From Octopus sinensis (taxonomy: Eukaryota), in assembly GCF_006345805.1 (NCBI RefSeq), contig NC_043013.1:6386001-6450000 (forward strand): DNA of 64,000 nucleotides. Reading direction: 5' to 3'. This document shows positions 53,793 through 64,000 of the stretch, piece after piece; position 1 is the first letter of the stretch; each line of letters begins with the position of its first letter. A program made the translations under genes and the position numbers. The notes beneath the pieces are model-generated. The model was given only the letters and a program-made list of their open reading frames with translations, was not told where the DNA came from and did no database searches.

Positions 53793-54739
53793 GTAATGTA
53801 TTGTTAAAATATTGGGGATATATTGCTAAAATATTTAAGTATTTCTAAAATATGAAATATTGCTAAAATATTAATATGATATTGGTGAAATATTGATAAA
53901 ATATTGATAAGATACACGAAGCTTTGTCGGTGAACAGGTCGCGGTCTCAAAGCGACGAAAATATTTTGACAAATTAAATTTAAATGTTGAAGTGAATCTA
54001 ACGGTTTTGTGTGTTTCTTAAATGGCTTATAAACACCTTCCACGCTGCAATTGTTTTCGTTCCAGCACACAATCTCAGATTAAGTCACTTGCTATGCAAG
54101 TACATCTCCATAATGATAAAATAGTATTTTATGTAATTTTATGGTGATGCATGTAGTTGAGTGTTAAACAAAATAACTAGTATTTTAATTACATATCCAT
54201 GTGTTCTGAATTCACATCCCTCCTAAAGCTAATTTTATCTGTCATCTGTTCATAGGAGTGCCACTTGACCAATCTTCAACAAACTGAGGATCTGTCAAGT
54301 GGTCTGTGTGAAATAATTTTATGAAGTTTTTTTTTTGTTTTGGCAAATATTTTCTACTATGACTCCAGGCTGACCAAAACCTTCTGAGTGGGTTTGGCAA
54401 AGAAGCCCATCATATATTTTTATATCCTGGTGTTGGATACATAATTTAACAAAGCAAAGGGAAAGAAGTATTTACATGACACGCTATGATTACTTTTACA
54501 TGAGGTTAAAAGCTTTCTGCCAACGGCTCATAGTGTACTGCTTACTGTCAATTGTTCATAATCAGTTGCTGACAACTTGACAGTTGTTTATTTAATAGAA
54601 ATGTGTCTGTCCACGTTTAGTCACATGGGTGTGATCGGAATCCTTCCACAACATTTTGCCTTTTTAGACATTTCACCTTTTTAAACATTTCGCCTTTTTA
54701 GAATTAGTCACCCTTAACTTCTCCCCTTTTGAGAATTAA

Positions 54740-56110
54740 ACTCTGCTCAGAGTTTTAATATCTCTTACATTTAGGGTTCAATTCCAGTGTTACCATTCTT
54801 TTCTGTTTTCTGGTGCTAGAATGTGTAGTTTCAAATTGTTTGGGTGTTGGTACCTCAAACGCCTCATACAATACTTCCATAGGGATTTCATTTCTCATGA
54901 CTTTTTCCGTGAATCTTTTAAGTTGGCTGATATGTCTTTTATGTTCAACATGTTTTCCTTTTACCAGGAATAACATTCTTCCAATTTGTTAAATAATTAC
55001 ACTGTCCTCCTAGCTCTCTTTACCATATCTATAAATTAAAAAAATATTTTGTCACCTAACTTTGAAGTATTTTTGTTGTTCACCTTTTTTCTATTTTCAC
55101 TTGGTATCAACTGATCAAAAATGGATCTGATCTTTCTAGCAAACTTCAATTCTGTGGGTGACATTCGAGACGGAGTATCCAGATTAAGTGTTACTTGGTA
55201 CACTCTAAGAAATTGTTGAAGTGCAAGGTCATCCATTACTTCATTGTTTGCCTTTTTTTAGGGCCCTCTTGAAAGTGTCAACAAAATGCTCCACTTGTCT
55301 ATTTGACCTAGGATGATACAACAGAATGGTCACGTGTTTAATAATGAAACTCTTACAAAATTTTGTCAGGTAAATTGAGTTCCCTTATCAGACACAGTGG
55401 TATCAGAAATACCATACCTGGTGAACAATTCATGTAAAAATCTTACTGTAACTGTAAATGTTGGGTTTTTACATTTATGCACTTCAGGCCACTTTGAAAA
55501 ACTGTCCACCACAACAAGGTAACAAGGACCCTTAAGTGGACCTGCATAATCGACATGCAGTCTGGATCATGGAATATCTGTTTTTGGCCATGGTTGCCAT
55601 TTAGTGGTAGTTGTTTTTGCAGCTAGGGCACACTCTTTGTATGCTTTCACTAGTTCTTCAATGTCATGGTCCATTGTCGGCCAATATACACAACTTCTCA
55701 TTGAAGATTTCATTCTCGGAATCCCTGGGTGACCAATGTAAAATTCCTTTAGTAATCACATCTATAGTGTGGCTGGCACTGCAACTCATTATGCGTACAT
55801 CAGCACATTGTCACACATTGAGAATGGGTTTGAATTTGTGTTGCGCTTATTTTTCTCTCTTTTAGCCTTCAACATTACTTTCATTTTCGTTATGAATTTA
55901 TTGTTTTCCAATTTTAATTTTATGTCTTATAATGTGACTGACAGTTCACACATGATGTTACACAAAGTATTTTTAATTTCATTTTCTGCTCGCACAGCAG
56001 CAATCACGGTATCTTCAAATGGTTCTGCAATTTTCGAAATCAGTCTTGATAGACAATCAGCATGGCCTAATTTTTTGGATGGTCTTTACACCATCTTAAA
56101 ATCATAGTTT
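54740..56110 (-). pseudogene. Decayed Gypsy-type LTR-retrotransposon integrase in STAT intron 1
   Basis: LHIGHPGIPRMKSSMRSCVYWPTMDHDIE (zinc finger), PWPK..RLHVDYAGPL...VVVDSF.KWPEV, and LQQFLRVY...SPTELKFARKIRS. Confidence 0.88.
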
Positions 56111-56942
56111 AATGATATAGTATCAGGTGGCTACACAAAATTCAAATCTATACAAAGAATGTCTTCTCCGCATAGGCGCAGGAGTGGCTGTGTGGTAAGT
56201 AGCTTGTTTACCAACCACATGGTTCCAGGTTCAGTCCCACTGCATGGCACCTTGGGCAAGTGTCTTCTACTATAGCCTCGGGCCGACCAAAGCCTTGTGA
56301 GTGGATTTGGTAGACGGAAACTGAAAGAAGCCCGTCGTATATATATGCGTGTGTGTGTTTGTGTGTCTGTGTTTGTCCCCCTAGCATTGCTTGACAACCG
56401 ATGCTGGTGTGTTTATGTCCCCGTCACTTAGCGGTTCGGCAAAAGAGACCGATAGAATAAGTACTGGGCTTACAAAGAATAAGTGCCGGGGTCGAGTTGC
56501 TCGATTAAAGGTGGTGCTCCAGCATGGCCGCAGTCAAATGACTGAAACAAGTAAAAGAGTAAAAGAGTATATGTTCTATTAAGTGGTTGGTAAAGGGAGG
56601 GCAGCCAGCCATGAAGCCCAAGGCAGACACTGGAAGTCCTCACATCCATCCGATCCTGTCAAATCGTTCAACCTATGTCAGCATGGAAGATGTACATTAG
56701 AAGACGATGAGAATGGTGCTGATGATGATGATGATGATGATGATGATGACTGTAACTGCCTGGGATTGTTTATTATTGGAAATGGAGTAAAACCATTGAT
56801 TGATTCATGGGAAACTTATAACAATTGATAAGTCTGTATTTTGTAAACAATAATGAGTAAACCCCCCCTCTCCCCCCCCCCGCTGCCACAAAAATTGTCT
56901 GATGATTAAAAAAAAAATTTTTTTTTTTATCACTTATTTCAG

Positions 56943-57096
56943 GAATTCCATTGATGAGAATAATCCAAGCAATGAGGCCATAGCCAGGACCATGCTCAAC
57001 AACCTGTTACAGGAAATGGAGTCGAGAAGTATGAATTTAAACAATGACTACTTCAGCACCAAGTTGAAAGTGGGACAAGCAATTGTGGACTTCCAA
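56943..57096 (+). CDS. STAT: STAT coding exon 2: (W)NSIDENNPSNEAIARTMLNNLLQEMESRSMNLNNDYFSTKLKVGQAIVDFQ
   Basis: Polypyrimidine tract and AG at 56941-42; first G completes the split TGG; donor GTAAGT at 57097 (phase 0). Aligns with STAT5 DAIDLDNPQ...LLEGLVQEL...FLLKIKLGHYATQLQ. Confidence 0.93.
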
Positions 57097-57192
57097 GTAA
57101 GTCCATAACATGATGGTAGTAGCTGGTGTTGTTACTGTTGATGATGTTGCAGCTGTTGTTGTTCTTGCTATTATTTGGTTCCAGGTCTGTCC

Positions 57193-57386
57193 CAGAGGCG
57201 TATATTCCGGGTGTGCCAGGTGTGCACTGCACACTCATCAAAAATGGCAAATTCATTATAAATATCAGCCTTACTCATTAATTTAATCATAAATCTTAAT
57301 GGAAAACTTTTGTTATACCCTTGCTTGAAATTTGGTGGCACAGGGTGTGGCAGCATACCCAATACAACAACCATTATGTGCCACTG
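57193..57386. mobile_element. hAT-like MITE (194 bp) in STAT intron 2
   Basis: 8-bp TSD GTCTGTCC (57185-92 / 57387-94); termini CAGAGGCGTA...ATGTGCCACTG. Confidence 0.82.
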
Positions 57387-58190
57387 GTCTGTCCTGAAAA
57401 AGGATAATTTCACATCCATTTTTTTCATCACCCTGAAAGGATGAACGGCAAAGTTGACCTCGGCAGAATTTGAACTCAGAACGTAAAGACAGATGAAATA
57501 CTGCTAAGCATTTTGCCTGTCGTGCTAATGATTCTTATTTCTATATTGCCCACAATGGGCTAAACACAGAGGGGACAAACAAGGACAGACAAAGGGATTA
57601 AGTCGATTACATCAACCCCAGTGTGTAACTGGTTCTTGATTTATCGACCCCGAAAGGATGAAAGGCAAAGTCGACCTCAGCGGAATTTGAACTCAGAACG
57701 TAATGGCAGACGAAATACTGATAAGCATTTCGCTCGATGTGCTAACGTTTCTGCCAGCTTGCCGCTTTTGCAATCACCATTATATTATCAGACTTAATAT
57801 ATATGAAGGACTTCATTATCCAGTATACACTCTTCAAAGTAGTTGGCATTGGAACAGGACATCCATCCATAGAAACCATGCTAAAGTAGACTCTGGGCGA
57901 CATGAGACATTCCTCTGACCTGTCAGATTCTGTCAAACTATGCAGCTCATGTCAGCAAGAAAGCCAAACATTAAATGATGAAAAACAATACTAAATGATG
58001 ATGGTGCTCTAATGAGCAACCAATTAGCTGCCAGTCAGTCAGAACAGTCCTCATTTGAAATACTTTTGATCATCACCATCCTTGGTCATTACCTGGCTCA
58101 GCCTGGGGTTAAACAGCAACAAGAACAATAACAACTGCATCATTGCATACTAATTCCATACTAATTACTTTATGAAAATTTGTTTTTCAG

Positions 58191-58283
58191 AGAATCTACT
58201 CTCCGAACCCTTTGTTACTGGTTCACTCCATAAAGAAATGTCTTACTATTGAACAGAATTATGTCAACATGAATGAAGGCAAT
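58191..58283 (+). CDS. STAT: STAT coding exon 3: RIYSPNPLLLVHSIKKCLTIEQNYVNMNEGN
   Basis: tgtttttcag acceptor, GTAAGT donor at 58284, 93 nt, phase 0/0. Aligns with STAT5 [30 protein letters not shown]. Confidence 0.92.
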
Positions 58284-58699
58284 GTAAGTTATTTTATTTT
58301 ATTCAAAACCCAGGAATCCAACCATTCCAATAAGTCTTTTAGTAACTAGCTTTAAGAATCAGTTGCTAAATTATCGAAGAAATCTGGAAAATCTATTTGT
58401 GTTCATTATTCATCTTCCCTTCAGCTTGGATGGTAAAAGGTTTAAGCATTTTTTGCTTGTGGACCCTTTGATTCCTGTTTTACTCAGGTGGACCCTCATA
58501 GCCATTTCATCATCATCACCCAGTGTTTTACATCCAGGTCTTGTCCCCATTAACGGGGATGGCTGGATCTATCTCAATGCCATAGCAACCACCCTCATAC
58601 CATCTTGCTGGTTTTGGGCATCCTCCCTCCTCAAGCTTGTACAGCTCTCACCAACCATTCATCTATCCCTAGTTTCTGCATCTAGACCAACTCTCTCTA

Positions 58700-59060
58700 A
58701 TTTGTTGGGTATGACTCTTTTGTGAACCACCTGATATACAATATGGGTGACTAGACCATAACCCAAACTATCGGATATTTTAAGCATCTCAGTGGTGATT
58801 CCTGATGGGCTGGGGACATATCTTCATGTCCTTAATTGTTTTATCTACCAAGGTACTGTTAATTTGGATAGTTGGTCCCTCAATTAGATCAACATTTGAC
58901 AGACTCTCCTCCTCCCATTCATTCTCCACATTCAGCAGTCTTTCACAATAGCATCTCCAAGCCTCTTTCTTTGCAGAATCATTAAATGCAAGTGTACCAT
59001 CATCAATGTGAACACATTTTTCTCCTATGACATCACAATTTTCTCACACACAGTGTCTTG
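58700..59060 (-). pseudogene. RTE-clade LINE fragment in STAT intron 3
   Basis: DDGTLAFND.AK.EAWRCYCERLLNVENEWEEESL...PSGITTEMLK. Confidence 0.75.
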
Positions 59061-59109
59061 TAATCCAATTTAATTATTTTGTCTGATTTTCAATTTTCTT
59101 TTTCTTCAG

Positions 59110-59187
59110 TGCGAACTTCCCAGCAGCCAACTTTATGAGACTGGTGAAAAGATGATAGTATTGGAGGAACTGAAGGATGCAACAAAG
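59110..59187 (+). CDS. STAT: STAT coding exon 4: CELPSSQLYETGEKMIVLEELKDATK (linker / coiled-coil start)
   Basis: ttttcttttttcttcag acceptor, AAG|GTATTT donor at 59188, 78 nt in frame. Loosely aligns with STAT5 CSSPAG...FEELRLVTQ. Confidence 0.85.
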
Positions 59188-60320
59188 GTATTTACTTCAT
59201 CTTGCGTTTTGTGATCCTTTCTTATTATTGACAGCCAATTTTTTATTTACCAAAGGATTAGGCAATCACCCAAATCTTTGCTCGTTTTTTTCTCCATGAG
59301 GTGGTGATACCTATTCCAAAAGTCAGCTGATCAACTGTTACACCTGTCTCTTGAGTGTAATACTTTTTTTTTTACTCTTTTACTCTTTGAAGTCAATTGA
59401 CTGCGGCCATGCTGGAGCACTGCCTTTAGTCGAAGAAATCGACCACAAGACTTATTCTTTGTAAGCCTAGTACTTATTCTCTCGGTCTCTTTTGCCGAAG
59501 ACCCGACAAATAATGTGAGTTCATGGCTGTTTCCTGCACCAGCTTCCCATAGAAACCCCAGCCCTTCCAAAGTGCCTTGGACCGCAGGACAGCCTGCTGT
59601 ACTTACCTTGTATCATAGGGTGACCTGCTGTGCTTGAGGAGACCTGTTGAGTCAAGTGCATCACCATCAACATCAAAAATCAAATGGAAATTGTAATTGT
59701 GATACCTGTGCCGGTGGCACGTAAAATGCACCATTCGTACGTGGCCGATGCCAGCACCGTCTTGACTGGCTTCCATGCCGGTGGCATGTAAAAAGTACCA
59801 ACCGATCGTGGCCATTGCCAGCTTACCCTGGCACCTGTGCTGGTGGCACCCAAAAAGCACCATCTGTATGTGGCTGATGCACCATCTGTACGCCTTGACT
59901 GGCTTCCGTGCCGGTGGTACGTAAAAAGCACCAACCGATCGTGGTTGTTGCCAGCCTACCCTGGCACCTGTGCCGGTGACACGTAAAAAGCACCCACTAC
60001 ACTCACGGAGTGGTTGGCGTTGGGAAGGGCATCCAGCTGTAGAAACACTGCCAGATCAGACTGGAGCCTGATGCAGCCTCCTGGCTTCCCAGAGCCCGTT
60101 CGAACCATCCAACCCATTGAGAACGGACGTTAAACGATGATGATGATGATGATGATTGAAATTTACAGAAAAACAAAAGAAGACAGGTATATAAACAACA
60201 AGCAGGTGTATTAGTTTGACGCTTGGGAAGGTGAGAAAGTCTTTTACGTTTCAAGCCTACACTCTTCAACAGAAAGGAACACGTGGAAATAAACAAATAG
60301 ATAAATAAAAAAGAAAGAGA

Positions 60321-60352
<32 letters not shown>

Positions 60353-61191
60353 GTCTGTGTGTGTGTGTATGTATTTGTGTGTCTGTTTGTTCCCCCACCA
60401 TCACTTGACAACTGATGTCAGTTTGTTTATATCCCCAAAACTTAGCAGTTCGGCAAAAGAGACCGATAGAATAAGTAGTAGGCTTACAAAGAATAAGTCT
60501 TGTGGTCGATTTCTTCGACTAAAGGCAGTGCTCCAGCACTGATTGGTTGGTTATCAGGTGGCTGGCTGGCTTCCGGAAGTTGGTGTTGCAGATCAATAAT
60601 GGCTGTGCTAAAGCATCTCATAAGTCATGATGTCACGAGTGGATAACAAGTGGGAATGTTAATGATCTTAAGTGCTTGGTGTGTTAGGCAAGTGAGATTT
60701 ATTATGGTCTCTGGTCAACCCAAGTCATGTAAGTAAAACAGAGTAAATGGAAACTATGAGACTGTACTTGTTAATTCCAAGGTACAGCCTTTGAATCATG
60801 CTGATTCTGTTTGAGGAATATATATATGTTTCCGACGAAGAGCTCCGCTCGAAACGTTAAACCCTCCTTCTTTCTTTCTTTCCTGAGCGTCCAATAATAC
60901 TATATTTGTTTCACGTCCTCGCGTTGTTGTTGTTTTTTTGTGCTTTCTTCTTTGGATTAACTTTATATGTATATATATGTATGTATGTATGTATGCATAC
61001 ATACGTACATACATACATACATACATACATACACACATACATACACACACACATACATACATACATACACACACACATACATACATACACACACACACAC
61101 TCATACATGCATACATACACACATAATAATATTGTGCAGAAGAAATATTCTTGGACAATTAAACAAAGAAGTTTTTCTGTTTCGTATTTAG

Positions 61192-61285
61192 CGAACTGGT
61201 GATCTGATTCTAAGGCTGCAAGAAGACCAGGAAGTTTTCAACGTAGAATTTCAGGAATATAAGACAATGACTTTACAAGCTGATG
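61192..61285 (+). CDS. STAT: STAT coding exon 5: RTGDLILRLQEDQEVFNVEFQEYKTMTLQAD(A) (coiled-coil helix 1)
   Basis: gtttttctgtttcgtatttag acceptor, G|GTAACC donor at 61286 (phase 1). Aligns with STAT5 [27 protein letters not shown]. Confidence 0.87.
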
Positions 61286-62788
61286 GTAACCATTTCCTTA
61301 TTTGTTTCTCTTGCCCCCCCCCCCTCCTCTTATTCAGTGCGTCATTCTCTTTCTGTTTCTCTCTCTCTCTCTCTCTCTCTCTTATATAAACATATGCTAA
61401 CAATGAATTAACACAAATTCTTTTATCTTGAGGCAGCAGGACTATGACCACCACCACCACCAATACTACCACCATTACTCTTTGTACTCTCCCTCCCTGG
61501 CTAATTCACCAGCATCACTATTATCACCATTGTTGACAGTGCCACTACTGCCATCGTGATCATCACTGTAAAATTTAGTTATGTGAAAGTGAACGTTGCA
61601 TTTCATCCTTTTGAGGTTGGTAAAATCACATACCAGTCAAGTGTCAAAATTAGAAAGAACAAGCGCATTCAAAGAGCACAAACCTCTGCCAAGGCAACAC
61701 CAATGTCCTCTCTACGATTAGCCAGAGATGATTTTTAAAATGAGAATATCTGAAATAAACTCAAACTGTTCTCACAAACGAGAATACTAAAAGTGAACCT
61801 GACCACTCTCAAAAATTAAGTAAAAAAACAGGAAAAATAATCCAGAATCCTTGTCTGGTACTGGATTGATCCCAAAATCTAATCAATTCATGCCAGTCAC
61901 GAGGCCAAACATTCCAGAAAGTTTCATCCAAATCCATCCAGCAGTTCTTGAGATATCTTGTCCATGGACAAACAAACAAACGCAACTGAAAACAATACCT
62001 TCGCCTTTGTTAAGGTGGAGGTAATAAAAGCTGCAAAACAAAAACAAAGACAATATTTGGTCCTGTCCCTGTACTTTCTAATTAAAAATGTTACTGGAGG
62101 CTGACTTGTTTGTAATTCATCTCCGCTACCCATTGGGTGGGGGATCTCTCCCTCCTTCCTTATGCTAATGGGGCAGCCAAGTGTCTCCTGAGTAGTAAGA
62201 GAGCTATCCCTACTCTCTCACTTGGTACACAGTCACTTCTTAGTTCCACTCCTTCTCTCAGCTGAGAGGATTTTGTTTTGCAAGCTACTGGGTGACCTCT
62301 GTGGGTGCTGATGCCATGTAAAAAGCACCTGTACTGGTGTCACATAAGTGCATCTTTGCTGGCTCCACATAAAAAACATCCAGTCCACACTGTAAAGTGG
62401 TTGGCATTTGGAAGGACATCAAGCTGTAAAACCATGCAAAAACTGACCTCGCCTGTGCTATTGGCATGTAAAAGGCACTCAGTCCATTCTGCAGGCTGGT
62501 TGGTGTTAGGAAGGGCATCCAGCTTTAAAATCCATACTGAAACATACACAGAAGTCTGGTGCAGTCTTCGGTTTGGCCATGTGTTTCCAAGCAATCTTTT
62601 TGACTCAAAAATGCATGTTATCTCTAAAACAAGCATCCACTCTTGTCTTTTTTTGAGGACCACTGTCCCTTCTCTTTTTTTCAAAAATTCCAGCCATGTT
62701 GTTTATTTGAGTTTGAAAAATTGTATACTACAAGCTTGTCAGATCATTGTGTTTTCACAGCATGAAACTAATAGTAAATTGAATTTAA

Positions 62789-63009
62789 CCCATTAGCATT
62801 TAAACTTGCCATATCAGGCCCTAATATTCTACCTGATTTCTGTTCAAACTAGTCAGACCCAGCCTCTCACACCTACCCTAGAATGTCATTCTAAAATATA
62901 TATTATTACATCATTGAAACCTCAAAGTTACAAGGTAATGCATGATTAATTCTAAGCAATGTGAATAAGTAAGGACTAGATTTGACAGTGTTATCTGAAT
63001 ACTAAAGGA
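62789..63009. mobile_element. piggyBac-like MITE (degenerate)
   Basis: TTAA on both sides; termini CCCATTAGCATT / AATACTAAAGGA, imperfect. Confidence 0.5.
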
Positions 63010-63347
63010 TTAAATCCTGTGCCTATTCATAAAATATTTAACTGGATGTACTTTTTTGTTGGTCTCATTAATAAAGGTGTAGTACATTATATATACATAC
63101 ATATGTGCATATATATATAAAGTTAATCCAAACCTGTGACTCAGAGTTTCACATTCCTCTTTGTTGGACAGTTGTGATCAAGACAAGAATCAAATTTTGT
63201 TCCAGACTTGATCACAACTGTCCGACGAATGAGAATATGAAGCTCCAAGTCACAGATTTTTGTGATGTTTTTGCAGCTTCAATAAAAAAGTGAACACACA
63301 CACACACAGATGAACATATATATTTATATATGTATTTTCTTTCTTAG

Positions 63348-63463
63348 CTTTCAAGAGAAATAATGAGACTCCACGTGAGAGACTACAAACTATGCAAGAA
63401 AATTTGTCTAAAATGTGTCTGAAGCTGAAGAACAACCAGCAGACAATCCTGAATAAGTTTGAG
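63348..63463 (+). CDS. STAT: STAT coding exon 6: (A)FKRNNETPRERLQTMQENLSKMCLKLKNNQQTILNKFE; gene continues beyond the window
   Basis: tattttctttcttag acceptor completes the phase-1 codon (G+CT); GAG|GTAAGA donor at 63464 (phase 0). Position corresponds to STAT5 AQFAQL...EAQTLQQYRV. Confidence 0.85.
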
Positions 63464-63500
63464 GTAAGAGCTTTCTGTAATATTTCTTACCCTAAAAGAC

Positions 63501-64000
63501 GGCGAGCTGGCAGAAACGTTAGCATGCCGGGCGAAATACTTTGCAGTATTTCGTCTGTCTTTATGTTCTTAGTTCAAATTCTGCTGAGGTTGACTTTACC
63601 TTTCATCCTTTAAGGCAGCAAACTGGCAGAAACATTAACATGCCGGACGAAATGCTTTGCAGTATTTCGTCTGTCTTTATGTTCTTAGTTCAAATTCTGC
63701 TGAGGTTGACTTTACCTTTCATCCTTTAAGGCAGCAAGCTGGCAGAAACATTAACATGCCGGACGAAATGCTTTGCAGTATTTCGTCTGTCTTTATGTTC
63801 TTAGTTCAAATTCTGCTGAGGTTGACTTTACCTTTCATCCTTTAAGGCAGCAAGCTGGCAGAAACATTAACATGCCGGACGAAATGCTTTGCAATGTTCT
63901 TAGTTCAAATTCTGCTGAGGTTGACTTTACCTTTCATCCTTTAAGGTAGAGAGCTGGCAGAAACGTTAGGATGCCGGGCGAAATGCTTTGCAGTATTTTG
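63501..64000 (+). repeat. Tandem array of a 116-bp SINE-B head unit (at least 4.5 copies, runs off the window)
   Basis: Identical ORF-track peptides at 63541 and 63657 give a period of 116; unit 4 has an internal deletion. Confidence 0.92.

Noticed and set aside
61140-61191. Alternative upstream acceptor (gtgcag|aag) for STAT exon 5
   Set aside because: Adds 52 nt, shifts frame and hits TGA at 61200-61202.

Overview
AT-rich, extremely repeat-dense animal genomic DNA, not prokaryotic. The SINE and microsatellite make-up points to an octopod cephalopod (Octopus-like); this is inference from remembered repeat families, not a database search. The only supportable host gene is a STAT-family transcription factor (STAT5-like) on the + strand. 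Six coding exons (53662-63463) splice in frame by GT-AG to 222 codons covering the N-domain and the start of the coiled-coil; the gene runs off the right edge. The rest is microsatellites, three SINE families, non-autonomous Helitrons, mariner/Tc1/hAT/Merlin-like/piggyBac-like DNA elements, foldback elements, and decayed CR1-, RTE-, R4/Dong-, Penelope- and Gypsy-type remnants. Nearly all ORF-track entries are microsatellite or SINE artefacts. The most interesting signals are at the RNA level: (1) minimal, dimer-type hammerhead ribozyme motifs in at least three Penelope-terminus-like repeat families, several with a CCGACGA core and two lying sense inside STAT introns; (2) a covarying 3' stem-loop shared by two LINE tails and the dominant SINE; (3) a 90-bp inverted duplication inside STAT intron 4 and several long foldback hairpins.
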